From a virus, in IMG/VR virus record IMGVR_UViG_3300000052_000006: a stretch of DNA of 64,000 bases; one strand, given 5' to 3'. Shown in pieces: positions 5,454 through 14,020 of the stretch. Within the stretch, counting starts at the first letter, position 1. Every line of letters starts with the position of its first letter. A program made the translations under genes and the position numbers. The notes under the pieces are model-generated. The model made no database searches and was not told the DNA's origin. It saw only the letters and a list, made by a program, of their open reading frames with translations.

Positions 5454-7957
5454 TGGAAGCGCACGCCGACTACCTCGAGTTTCTGCGCGAGAAGATGCCG
5501 CTCGCGACCTTCGACGGCTACGAGGTCGAGGACTGTGAGATCCACCCGCTGCTGAAACCGCACCAGCGCGCCGTGGTGCGCTGGGCGGTGAAGGGCGGCA
5601 ACCGGGCGCTGTTCGAGGCCTTCGGCCTGGGCAAGTCCCTGCAGCAGATCGAGACGGTGCGCCTTACCCGTGCGCGCTGTGGTGGCAAGGCGCTGATCGT
5701 GTGCCCGCTGGGCGTGCGCCAGGAATTCCGCCGTGACGGCGAGAAGGTCGGCGTTCGGTTCCAGTTCATCCGTAGGCCCGAAGAGATGGAAGAGGGCTGC
5801 GATTTCTACCTGACGAACTACGAGTCGATCCGCGACGGCCGGCTCGATCCGCGGCAGTTCTCGGTGGTGAGCCTCGACGAGGCGAGCGTGCTGCGCTCCT
5901 ACGGTTCGAAGACCTACCAGGAGTTCCTGCCGCTCTTCGCCGGGGTGAAGCATAAGTTCGTCGCGACCGCGACGCCGAGCCCGAACCGGTACAAGGAGCT
6001 GATCCACTACGCCGGCTTCCTCGGGATCATGGACACCGGGCAGGCCCTGACGCGGTTCTTCCAGCGCGACAGCACGCAGGCGAACAACCTGACGCTGTAC
6101 CCGCACAAGGAACAGGAATTCTGGCTGTGGCTGAATTCGTGGGCGGTGTTTCTGCAGCGCCCGTCCGACCTTGGCTTCGATGACGCCGGCTACGACCTGC
6201 CGCCGCTCGACGTGCGCTACCACGAGGTGACGACGAACCACGCCGCGGCCGGCGCCGAGAAGGACGGCCAGGGCCTGCTCTTCAAGGATGCCGCGATCGG
6301 CCTGCAGGCGGCGGCGCACGAGAAGCGCGACAGCCTGCCCGTGCGTATCGCGAAGATGCGCGAGATCCTCGCTGCGGACCCGGACAGCCACTACATCCTG
6401 TGGCACGACCTCGAGGCCGAGCGCCATGCGATCCAGGCGGCGGTGCCCTCGGCGGTGGCGATCTACGGAACGCAGGATCTGGACGAGCGCGAACAGGCAA
6501 TCGTCGATTTCTCCGACGGCAAGTTCCAGTACCTGAGCGCGAAGCCGGAGATCGCCGGCAGCGGCTGCAACTTCCAGCGCCACTGCCACAAGGCGATCTT
6601 CCTGGGCATCGGCTACAGCTTCAACGACTTCATTCAGGCCATCCACCGGATCCAGCGCTTCCTGCAGGCGTACCCGGTGGAGATCCACATCATCCACTCG
6701 GAGGCCGAGCGCGAAATCCTGCGCACCCTGCAGGCGAAGTGGGTGCAGCACGAGGAGATGGTGGCGAACATGACCCAGATCATCAAGGAACACGGCCTGA
6801 ACCATCTGTCGCTCGCCGACGTGCTCACGCGCACGATCGGGGTCGAGCGCATCGAGGTGCAGGGCGACCGCTTCACTGTCGCGAACAACGACTGCGTCAT
6901 CGAGGCGCGGCGCCAGCCGGCGGGTCACGTCGACCTGATCGTGACCTCGATCCCGTTCGCGAACCACTACGAATACACGCCGAGCTACAACGACTTCGGC
7001 CACACCGCGAACAACGATCACTTCTGGCGCCAGATGGATTTCCTGACGCCCGAGCTGCTGCGCATCCTGCGGCCCGGCCGGATCTACGCCTGCCACGTGA
7101 AGGACCGCATCCTGTTCGGCAACGTCACCGGCGCCGGCGCGCCGACGGTGTCGCCGTTCCACTGCGAGGCGATCATGCACGGCCTCAAGCACGGCTTCGA
7201 CTACATGGGGATGATCACGGTCGTCACCGATGTCGTGCGCGAGAACAACCAGACCTACCGCCTGGGCTGGTCGGAGCAGTGCAAGGACGGCACGAAGATG
7301 GGCGTCGGCTCGCCGGAGTATGTGCTGCTGTTCCGCAAGCCGCAGACCGACCGCAGCCGCGGCTATGCCGACCTGCCGGTGACGAAGAGCAAGGCCGACT
7401 ACACCCGCGCGCGCTGGCAGGTCGATGCGCATGCGTTCTGGCGCTCGAGCGGCAACCGCCAGCTGACGGCCGAGGAGCTCGCAGGCCTGGGCCCCGACAA
7501 GCTCGCCAAGGCCTTCACCGAGTACAGCCTCGCCAACGTCTATGACTACGATTTCCACGTTCGCATCGGTGAGGAGCTGGAAGCGCGGGGATCGCTGCCG
7601 TCGTCGTTCATGAGCCTCGCCCCGGGCAGCCACCACGCTGAGGTCTGGCATGACGTCAATCGCATGCTCACGCTCAACGGGCAGCAGACGCAGCGCGGCC
7701 TGCAGAACCACGTTTGCCCGCTGCAGTTCGACATCGTCGATCGGCTGATCACGCGCTACAGCAACGCGGGCGAGCTGGTCTATGACCCGTTTTGCGGCCT
7801 CGGAACCGTGCCGTATCGCGCACTGAAGCTCGGGCGTCGCGGGCAGGGCTCCGAACTCAACACCGGCTACTTCTTCGACTCCGTGCAGTACCTGAAGGCG
7901 ATGGAGCGCGAGGTTTCGATGCCGAGCCTGTTCGATGTGATGGACGAGGCTGCCTGA
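5450..7957 (+). CDS. SNF2-like helicase fused to a beta-class N4/N6 DNA methyltransferase
   Basis: Walker A GLGKS, DEAS box, TATP, motif VI QAIHRIQR; C-terminal TSIPF (motif IV) and DPFCGLGT (motif I). Confidence 0.88.
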   Translation: MMEAHADYLEFLREKMPLATFDGYEVEDCEIHPLLKPHQRAVVRWAVKGGNRALFEAFGLGKSLQQIETVRLTRARCGGKALIVCPLGVRQEFRRDGEKVGVRFQFIRRPEEMEEGCDFYLTNYESIRDGRLDPRQFSVVSLDEASVLRSYGSKTYQEFLPLFAGVKHKFVATATPSPNRYKELIHYAGFLGIMDTGQALTRFFQRDSTQANNLTLYPHKEQEFWLWLNSWAVFLQRPSDLGFDDAGYDLPPLDVRYHEVTTNHAAAGAEKDGQGLLFKDAAIGLQAAAHEKRDSLPVRIAKMREILAADPDSHYILWHDLEAERHAIQAAVPSAVAIYGTQDLDEREQAIVDFSDGKFQYLSAKPEIAGSGCNFQRHCHKAIFLGIGYSFNDFIQAIHRIQRFLQAYPVEIHIIHSEAEREILRTLQAKWVQHEEMVANMTQIIKEHGLNHLSLADVLTRTIGVERIEVQGDRFTVANNDCVIEARRQPAGHVDLIVTSIPFANHYEYTPSYNDFGHTANNDHFWRQMDFLTPELLRILRPGRIYACHVKDRILFGNVTGAGAPTVSPFHCEAIMHGLKHGFDYMGMITVVTDVVRENNQTYRLGWSEQCKDGTKMGVGSPEYVLLFRKPQTDRSRGYADLPVTKSKADYTRARWQVDAHAFWRSSGNRQLTAEELAGLGPDKLAKAFTEYSLANVYDYDFHVRIGEELEARGSLPSSFMSLAPGSHHAEVWHDVNRMLTLNGQQTQRGLQNHVCPLQFDIVDRLITRYSNAGELVYDPFCGLGTVPYRALKLGRRGQGSELNTGYFFDSVQYLKAMEREVSMPSLFDVMDEAA

Positions 7958-7968
7958 CGAGCGCCGCC

Positions 7969-8883
7969 ATGAACTACTACCCATTCCACATCGGCGACTA
8001 CCTCAGCGCAACCCGGCATCTGAGCTGGGCCGAGGACTGCGCCTACCGCCGCCTGCTCGACACCTACTACGTGTCGGAGAAGCCGCTTCCGTCCGATCTG
8101 CGCGCCGTCTGCCGCCTTGTCCTGGCGACGACCGATGAGCAGCGTGAGGCCGTGAAGGTGGTGCTCGAAGAGTTCTTCGAGCTCGCCGAGGACGGCTGGA
8201 TCAACGCGCGTGCCGATCGGGAAATCGCCGCGATGCGGGAGAAGCAGGAGAAGCAGCGCGCGAAGGCAAACAAGCGCTGGCAGAAGCCACGCGAGGAACC
8301 CGGCAATGCATCGGCACTGCCGCAGCATGAAGAAAGCGATGCCGCGGCACAAAAAACCGATGCCGATGCAATGCCACCAACACCAACACCAACACCAAAA
8401 GGTAAACCCCCTACCTCTCCTGTCGGAGAGGTATCCCCCCCAAGCGATGAAACGCCGAGCGTTACCGAAACGCCCGATGCGTCGCCTTCGGCTCCGCCGC
8501 ATCTGGACGGCGAGCAATGCAGCCTGGTCTCGCTCCCTGCAAAACCCGATGCACGAGGAACCAGGCTCTCTGCCGACTGGCGGCTACCGAAGGCCTGGGG
8601 CGAATGGGCATTGCAGGAGCGCCCGACCTGGAACGCGGATGCCGTCCGTGCCGTGAGCGAGCGCTTCCGCGATCACTGGATCGCGAAGCCCGGCAAGGAC
8701 GGCCGCAAAGCCGACTGGCTCGCGACCTGGCGCAACTGGGTGCGCCGCGAATCTGATCCGCAACCCGCATCCGCACCGAGGAGATCGATCCATGACCAGC
8801 GCAGCGCGACAATCGCCGCCCTCACCGGGGCATCGGGCAGCAGTGACGACATCCTCGATGGCCAGCTCCGTGTCCTTGGTTGA
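7969..8883 (+). CDS. Replication initiator, YdaU/DUF1376 (O-like)
   Basis: MNYYPFHIGDYLSATRHLS...AYRRLLDTYY; C-terminal RGTRL..DW...F.DHW...K.DW.ATWRNW motif. Confidence 0.88.
   Translation: MNYYPFHIGDYLSATRHLSWAEDCAYRRLLDTYYVSEKPLPSDLRAVCRLVLATTDEQREAVKVVLEEFFELAEDGWINARADREIAAMREKQEKQRAKANKRWQKPREEPGNASALPQHEESDAAAQKTDADAMPPTPTPTPKGKPPTSPVGEVSPPSDETPSVTETPDASPSAPPHLDGEQCSLVSLPAKPDARGTRLSADWRLPKAWGEWALQERPTWNADAVRAVSERFRDHWIAKPGKDGRKADWLATWRNWVRRESDPQPASAPRRSIHDQRSATIAALTGASGSSDDILDGQLRVLG
8303..8399 (+). repeat. Probable replication origin (iteron-like repeats inside O)
   Basis: GCAATGC at 8303 and 8368, several GATGC(C), A6 tract, (ACCAAC)3-ACCAAA at 8376-8399. Confidence 0.5.
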
Positions 8884-9391
8884 GCGCATCTTCGCCCGCA
8901 TGGCCGCGTTCTACGGTTCGCGCTTTGCCGACATGTGGCGCGACGCCGACCCGGCCGAGCTCAAGCGGGTATGGGCCGAGGAGCTGGCCGACCTCACCCC
9001 CGCGGAGATCGCCCGCGGCATCGACGGCTGCCGCACCCGCGACTGGCCGCCGACGCTGCCCGAGTTCCTGCGCCTGTGCCGGCCTGCACCCGACTACGAG
9101 GCCGCGTTCTGCGAGGCCGCCGAGCAGATGTACCGCCGCCAGCAGGGGGAGGACCGCTGGAGCGATGTGGCGATCTACTGGGCCGCGACGTGGATGGGGC
9201 GCGACGTGATGGCGGTGGCCTACGAGCCGGTGAAGGGGCGCTGGAGGGCGAATCTCGACCTCGCCCGGCAGGCGATCCGCGCCGGCGAGCTGCCCGACGT
9301 GGTGCCGCCGCGCATGACGGCGCTGCCCACGCCGGGCGCGACCGTGGCCTCGGCCGACGATGCCCGGGCGATCCTGCGGGGCGGGGCATGA
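8858..9391 (+). CDS. Lambda P-like helicase loader
   Basis: FARMAAFYGSRFADMW...W.EEL...I.RG...WPPTLPEF..LC signature; lies between O and DnaB. Confidence 0.75.
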   Translation: MASSVSLVERIFARMAAFYGSRFADMWRDADPAELKRVWAEELADLTPAEIARGIDGCRTRDWPPTLPEFLRLCRPAPDYEAAFCEAAEQMYRRQQGEDRWSDVAIYWAATWMGRDVMAVAYEPVKGRWRANLDLARQAIRAGELPDVVPPRMTALPTPGATVASADDARAILRGGA

Positions 9392-10761
9392 ATGCGCCGC
9401 TGCCGCTGAATGCGGTGTCGATCGAGGCCGAGCAGTCGCTGCTGGGCGGGCTGCTGATCGACAACGGCGCATTCGATCGCATCGCCGGGCTGGTGACGGA
9501 GGCGGACCTGTACCGCGAGGACCACCGCCGCATCTTTCGCACCATCGCCCGCCTGCTCGAGGCGGGCAAGCCGGCCGACTTCCTGACCGTGACCGAGGCG
9601 CTGGAGACGGCCGGAGAGCTCGGCCAGTCGGGCGGCATGGCCTACCTGGCCGAGCTCGCGGACGCGACCGCGTCGACGGCCAACATTCGCCGCTATGCCG
9701 AGATCGTGCGTGAGCGCGGCGCGGTGCGCCGACTGCTCGCCGCCGGCGACGAGATCACCGCGATCGCCACTGCGGCCGGGATGACGCTGGCGGAGAAGAC
9801 CGATCGGGCGCAGGCGCTGGTGATGGCCGCCGGGGGCGAGTCGGCTGGCGAGGACCTCGTCGGCATGGACCGGCTGGCGCAGCTGCTCACCGTCGATCTG
9901 CAGCAGCGCGCCGAGCGGGGAGGGCGGCCGACCGGGCTCGCGACGGGCTTTGTCGATCTCGACGAGATCACCAGCGGGCTGCAGCGCTCGGATCTGATCG
10001 TCGTTGCGGGGCGGCCGGGCATGGGGAAGACGGCGATCGCGCTCAACGCCGGGCGCGCGATCGCAAGCACCGGGGAGCCGGCGCTGGTGATCACCCTCGA
10101 GATGCCCGCCGTGCAACTCGGCCACCGCCTCGTCGCGGACATCGGCCGGGTGTCGATGAGCAAGATCCGCAAGGGCCAGCTCACGCACGACGAGTGGCAC
10201 GAGGTCAGCCACGCGATGGAGCGCATCCGGGCGCTGCCGATGCGGATCTCGGATGCCGCAGCGCCGACCGTGATGCAGGTGCGGGCGATGGCCAGGAAGG
10301 CGCGGCGCGAGATGGGCGGCCTGGGCGTGGTGGTGGTCGATTACCTGCAGCTGATGACCGGCAGCGGCGAGCACCGCGCCGAGCAGATCGCGAGCATCAG
10401 CCGCGGCTTGAAGGCGCTGGCGAAGGAGCTCGACTGCGTGGTGATCGCGCTGAGCCAGCTCAACCGCGCGCTCGAGCAGCGCCCGAACAAGCGCCCGGTG
10501 ATGTCGGACCTGCGCGAGTCCGGCGCGATCGAGCAGGACGCCGACCTGATCCTGTTCGTGTATCGCGACGAGATCTACAACCCGAATTCGGCCGACGCCG
10601 GTACCGCCGAGCTGATCCTCGGCAAGCACCGAAACGGCCCGCTCGGAACTGTCCGCCTGGCCTACCTGGGCGAGAACGTGCGCTTCGAGAACCTTGCGAA
10701 GGGCTGGAAGCCGAGCGCACCGGTGAAGTTCAGTGGATACGACGATGGATTCGAGGAGTAG
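9388..10761 (+). CDS. dnaB: Phage DnaB-like replicative helicase
   Basis: SIEAEQSLLGGLL, GRPGMGKT, VVDYLQL, LSQLNR, SDLRESGAIEQDAD. Confidence 0.95.
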   Translation: MNAPLPLNAVSIEAEQSLLGGLLIDNGAFDRIAGLVTEADLYREDHRRIFRTIARLLEAGKPADFLTVTEALETAGELGQSGGMAYLAELADATASTANIRRYAEIVRERGAVRRLLAAGDEITAIATAAGMTLAEKTDRAQALVMAAGGESAGEDLVGMDRLAQLLTVDLQQRAERGGRPTGLATGFVDLDEITSGLQRSDLIVVAGRPGMGKTAIALNAGRAIASTGEPALVITLEMPAVQLGHRLVADIGRVSMSKIRKGQLTHDEWHEVSHAMERIRALPMRISDAAAPTVMQVRAMARKARREMGGLGVVVVDYLQLMTGSGEHRAEQIASISRGLKALAKELDCVVIALSQLNRALEQRPNKRPVMSDLRESGAIEQDADLILFVYRDEIYNPNSADAGTAELILGKHRNGPLGTVRLAYLGENVRFENLAKGWKPSAPVKFSGYDDGFEE

Positions 10762-10939
10762 GGGGCAGACATGGACCGAATCGCACAAACGAGCCTGCTT
10801 GATCCGCTGGGTGATGCGCCTGCAGAAGGAGGCGAGGCAGACGTTCTACGAGACGTGGGCGAGGCGGCACGGCAAGGCGAGCACGCTGGTGCTGATCGAG
10901 GAGGTGAAGCAGGCGCACCGCTCGACATCCGCTTCGTGA
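10733..10939 (+). CDS. Small conserved-looking phage protein overlapping dnaB and rusA
   Basis: TWTESHKRAC..RWV...R..F...W..RHG resembles small nin-region proteins; GTGA junction at 10936. Confidence 0.5.
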   Translation: MDTTMDSRSRGQTWTESHKRACLIRWVMRLQKEARQTFYETWARRHGKASTLVLIEEVKQAHRSTSAS

Positions 10940-11370
10940 TCCCCGGCGAGCCGAAGGGGAAGGGCCGCCACCGCTCGCGGATCGCGAAGATGGGCAACGG
11001 CAAGCAGTTCGTCGCGCACTACGCCCCGAAGGACACCGTCGAGTACGAAAACCTGGTGCGCATGGCCGCAATGCAGGCGATGGCAGGGCGCGTGCCGAGC
11101 GAACGCCCGGTGCTGGTCGAACTCGTTGCCACCTGCTCGGTACCGGCCAGCTGGTCGCAGAAGAAGCGGCGCGCGGCACTGATGGGCGAGGTGATGCCGA
11201 CCGGGAAGCCCGATCTGGATAACGGGCTGAAGGCCGTGCTCGACGGGCTGAACAAGATCGTGGTGAAGGACGACGCCCAGGTGTGCCGTGTCGGCATGAG
11301 CAAACAGTACGGCGAGACCCCGCGTGTGTTCGTACGGGTGGTGGAGCTGCATGCGAGGAGTGCGCGGTGA
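10771..11370 (+). CDS. rusA: RusA-family Holliday junction resolvase (start uncertain: ATG 10771 or GTG 10936)
   Basis: IPGEPKGKGR ... KPDLDN..KAVLDGLN..V.KDDAQV. Confidence 0.88.
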   Translation: MDRIAQTSLLDPLGDAPAEGGEADVLRDVGEAARQGEHAGADRGGEAGAPLDIRFVIPGEPKGKGRHRSRIAKMGNGKQFVAHYAPKDTVEYENLVRMAAMQAMAGRVPSERPVLVELVATCSVPASWSQKKRRAALMGEVMPTGKPDLDNGLKAVLDGLNKIVVKDDAQVCRVGMSKQYGETPRVFVRVVELHARSAR

Positions 11371-11492
11371 TCGCGGCCCTCAAAGCGATTGGCTGGGCGG
11401 TTCTGGTGATCTGCATCTTGATCTTCGCCATCGGCCTGGTCGCTGTTCGCGACATGCTGCGGCGGATGGACAACGATCCGGAGGGATATTGA
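11367..11492 (+). CDS. Small single-TM protein
   Basis: GTG start overlapping the rusA stop; IGWAVLVICILIFAIGLVAV. Confidence 0.55.
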   Translation: MIAALKAIGWAVLVICILIFAIGLVAVRDMLRRMDNDPEGY

Positions 11493-11743
11493 TGGCCGAC
11501 CTGGTCCACCGCCTGCGCCAGCTCGCCGCGCTCGGCGTCGACATCGCCGGGGAGGCGGCTGATGCGCTGGAGCGCGAGCAGGCGGCCACCACTCCGATGC
11601 GATCGGCGCTGGCCTGGTATGCCGAAACCGGGAACTGGAAACGTTCGACGCGAGGCCGCTCGTGGTCGAACTCGTCGGCGGCAGAAGACCGCGGCTCGCT
11701 GGCGCGGATGGTGCTGCTCGAGCAGGGAGGCGGGCAGGGATGA
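11492..11743 (+). CDS. Hypothetical nin-region protein
   Basis: TGATG and ATGA coupling at the two ends. Confidence 0.65.
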   Translation: MADLVHRLRQLAALGVDIAGEAADALEREQAATTPMRSALAWYAETGNWKRSTRGRSWSNSSAAEDRGSLARMVLLEQGGGQG

Positions 11744-12165
11744 GCGCGGTCACGCAGACGCTGTTCAGGGAGTTCGTGATCCGGACGCCGGACGTCGCGT
11801 TCGCGCTTGCCGGCTACCTGAAGCAGCACGCCGGCCTTGCCGCGGCCCGCGGGCGGCCGCTGCGGGTGCTCGTCGTGGAAGCGGACCAGCCGCGGACGCT
11901 CGCGCAGAACAAACGGTATTTCGGCTTTCTCCTGAAGGCCATCGCCGCTCAGGCGTGGGTCGACGGCCGTCAGTATTCCGCAGAGGTATGGCACGACCAC
12001 CTGGCGGCTGAAATGGGCTTCCTGCAGGAGGTCGTCATGCCGTCGGGCGAGATCGTCGTACGCCGCCGCAGCACGACCGAGATGTCCGTCGCCGAGTTCT
12101 CCGACTTCATGCAACGCGTCGAGGCCTACGCCGCGACCGAACTGGGAGTGCGATTCCATGAGTAA
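11740..12165 (+). CDS. ninB: NinB/YbcN-family recombination protein
   Basis: RTLAQNKRY ... EVWH ... STTEMSVAEFSDFMQRVEAYAA-E-GV. Confidence 0.85.
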   Translation: MSAVTQTLFREFVIRTPDVAFALAGYLKQHAGLAAARGRPLRVLVVEADQPRTLAQNKRYFGFLLKAIAAQAWVDGRQYSAEVWHDHLAAEMGFLQEVVMPSGEIVVRRRSTTEMSVAEFSDFMQRVEAYAATELGVRFHE

Positions 12166-12433
12166 CGCAGCAAAGCGGCACATGGGCCGCGTGGCACAGC
12201 TTCCATGCTGCCTGTGCGGCGCGATTCCCGTGCAGGTCCACCACCTCCGGGAAGGCGATACCGCCGGCGCTGGCCAGCGTGCGAATGACTGGCTGACGAT
12301 CCCGCTGTGCCCAGAGCACCACACCGGTGCCACCGGCGTGCATGGCGACAAGTCGATGCTGCGGCTCGTCGGAAAGAACGAGCACGACCTGCTCGGCGAG
12401 ACACTGGAGCGGCTGTATGGGGGGCTGCGCTGA
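12158..12433 (+). CDS. DUF968/Ref-like HNH-type Zn nuclease
   Basis: LPCCLCG...VHH...R.NDWLTIPLC.EHH. Confidence 0.7.
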   Translation: MSNAAKRHMGRVAQLPCCLCGAIPVQVHHLREGDTAGAGQRANDWLTIPLCPEHHTGATGVHGDKSMLRLVGKNEHDLLGETLERLYGGLR

Positions 12434-12645
12434 TGGCCGGCTACCGCTCACCCCTGGGCCGGCTGCTGCCCGATCCCATCGACGCCGAACGCATCAAGCG
12501 TGAGGCCTGGCGCGACGACAAGATCCTCGTGGTGAACCTCAACGATGAGCGCCTGGATTTCGTGCAGCGCGAGTTCGTGCGCCAGATCGGAGACAAGCTG
12601 TTCGGGCGACCGAAGGTTTTCACGAGCAAGGCCCCGCCGCGATGA
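12433..12645 (+). CDS. Hypothetical protein
   Basis: Translationally coupled at both ends. Confidence 0.6.
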   Translation: MAGYRSPLGRLLPDPIDAERIKREAWRDDKILVVNLNDERLDFVQREFVRQIGDKLFGRPKVFTSKAPPR

Positions 12646-12830
12646 ACGCCGCAGATGAGCGACTGACCGCGCCGATCCCAGAGCCCTGCAGGACATGCCA
12701 GAACCGGGAGCAGTGGATGGTTCTTGGAGTGGAGCGCAATCGATGCCTTTCCGGACACCCGATGCATGAAGGCTGCGGCTGGTACAGGCCAGCGGCCAGC
12801 TCACTGAGCAAGGAGCACGCCACGACATGA
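12642..12830 (+). CDS. Small Cys-containing hypothetical protein
   Basis: CRTC...C...H...C; ATGA overlaps. Confidence 0.5.
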   Translation: MNAADERLTAPIPEPCRTCQNREQWMVLGVERNRCLSGHPMHEGCGWYRPAASSLSKEHATT

Positions 12831-13426
12831 CGACATCCACGGAGACTTTGCGCATGACGACTGCCGTCGAACCGATATTCGAGAGCACGCACAACGCGCT
12901 CACCTTCGCTTTCAACTACAGCCTGCAGCAATATGACGCGCCGCCAATGGCGCGGCTCATGCGCAAGGCGATTGGTAGCGGGAAAGGCCTGGTCGGACTT
13001 GATGGCGCGGCCCAGTCCGGCTTCATCAGGGCCGAGGTGGCGCGCCTGCCGATCGAGCAGCAGATGGTTCTGATTGCCCGCTTTGCGCCATCCACGCAAG
13101 AGTGCGATTGCGGCCGACCGTGCTGCAGCGGGAAGACCGCGGGGAAGGAGTGGTATGAAGCGATTGGGTGGCTGACCAGCTATGCCATGCGCGCCGCCCT
13201 TACTGGGTGCGTGTCGCATCACAGGCTGCGCCAGGCGCTTGTGATGCGCGCCTTCGGATTCAAGACAGCCAGCCTGGACGCTCTCGCCGAGACCGCGTCG
13301 GTGCATCGGAATACCGTCAGCGACCAGAACCAGCGGGTGCAGCGGCACATGAGGGAGATCGAGACCGCCGCCGCTCGGGCGATCGACGAGCGGCTGCGAA
13401 ACTGCGGGATGGTTGGCAACGGGTGA
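12827..13426 (+). CDS. Putative late-gene regulator (Q position; Cys cluster plus C-terminal HTH)
   Basis: CDCGRPCC; SLDALAETASVHRNTVS HTH; immediately upstream of the late promoter and terminator. Confidence 0.6.
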   Translation: MTTSTETLRMTTAVEPIFESTHNALTFAFNYSLQQYDAPPMARLMRKAIGSGKGLVGLDGAAQSGFIRAEVARLPIEQQMVLIARFAPSTQECDCGRPCCSGKTAGKEWYEAIGWLTSYAMRAALTGCVSHHRLRQALVMRAFGFKTASLDALAETASVHRNTVSDQNQRVQRHMREIETAAARAIDERLRNCGMVGNG

Positions 13427-13439
13427 GGATGCGCGGCGC

Positions 13440-13468
13440 TTGACTGTGCAGCAGATGCACTGTATAAG
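13440..13468 (+). promoter_or_regulatory. Late promoter (PR'-like)
   Basis: TTGACT-N17-TATAAG; spacer carries the inverted repeat GTGCA-N5-TGCAC. Confidence 0.65.
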
Positions 13469-13500
13469 CCGAAAACATATACACGGGATCAGTCCCGATG

Positions 13501-13537
13501 AAGCCCGCCGCCGGAAGGTCGCGGGCTTTTGCTTTTC
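13501..13537 (+). terminator. tR'-like intrinsic terminator
   Basis: AAGCCCGC...GCGGGCTT followed by TTGCTTTT. Confidence 0.8.
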
Positions 13538-13538
13538 A

Positions 13539-13614
13539 GGATGCATCGCCCGAAAGGAGGTGGTCTGTGTCCGAGCGGGTGCAAGGCCCGCGGCGCTGAG
13601 AAGCGCACACATCC
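13539..13614 (+). ncRNA. Candidate multi-hairpin structured RNA in the late leader
   Basis: GGATG/CATCC closing stem; CC-GAAA-GG tetraloop; GCGGG-TGCAAGG-CCCGC and GCGC-TGAGAA-GCGC hairpins. Confidence 0.4.
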
Positions 13615-13629
13615 CGCAGCAGGAACACG

Positions 13630-13959
13630 GTGAAACTCAAAACGTTGAAGAGTCGTCTGCCGACGCTGGGCAGCAGCCTGTCGAACGTGCCTCGGATCGG
13701 TGCGACCCCACGGCAGCGCGGCTCGGTGTGGATGAGACGCCGTGAGCAGTGGCTGCACCACAACCCGCTTTGTGTCGAATGCATGCGAGCGGGCAGGGCG
13801 GCCGCAGCAGAGGAAGTCGACCACGTGATCCCGCTCGCAGACGGTGGGGATGACGACGAAAGCAACCTGCAGTCGCTCTGCAAGCCATGCCACATGGCGA
13901 AAACAGCGCGGGAGGCTGCGGCGAGGGCGAGAGGGGAGATAAGCCCCCCCGGGGGGTGA
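13630..13959 (+). CDS. HNH endonuclease (terminase-associated, HK97 gp74-like)
   Basis: PLCVEC...EVDHVIPL..GG.D.ESNLQSLCKPCH..KT. Confidence 0.9.
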   Translation: MKLKTLKSRLPTLGSSLSNVPRIGATPRQRGSVWMRRREQWLHHNPLCVECMRAGRAAAAEEVDHVIPLADGGDDDESNLQSLCKPCHMAKTAREAAARARGEISPPGG

Positions 13960-14020
13960 ATCTTTACGCCATGGGGGTGCCGACACCGCGCTCCCTCTCA
14001 CGCGCAGGTTTTTTTTCATC
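13944..14020 (+). other. Probable cos packaging region
   Basis: C7G6 palindrome at the HNH end, GC-rich ACCGCGCTCCC core and T8 tract just before terS; location typical of HNH/HK97-type cos phages. Confidence 0.5.

Noticed and set aside
5006-7984. 992-aa minus-strand ORF (also 9220-10788, 18164-19969, 39890-41497, 41970-43190 and similar)
   Set aside because: Antisense shadows of well-supported genes in GC-rich DNA; no motifs or RBS
13440-13485. LexA (SOS) boxes at the late promoter or immunity region
   Set aside because: CTGT half-sites are present but none is followed by ACAG at N8
13539-13614. tRNA gene or hammerhead/TPP riboswitch in the late leader
   Set aside because: T-arm-like hairpin only, with no D or anticodon arm and no CCA; CTGAGAA and CCGATGA lack the correct hammerhead core and downstream GAAA; TPP conserved core absent
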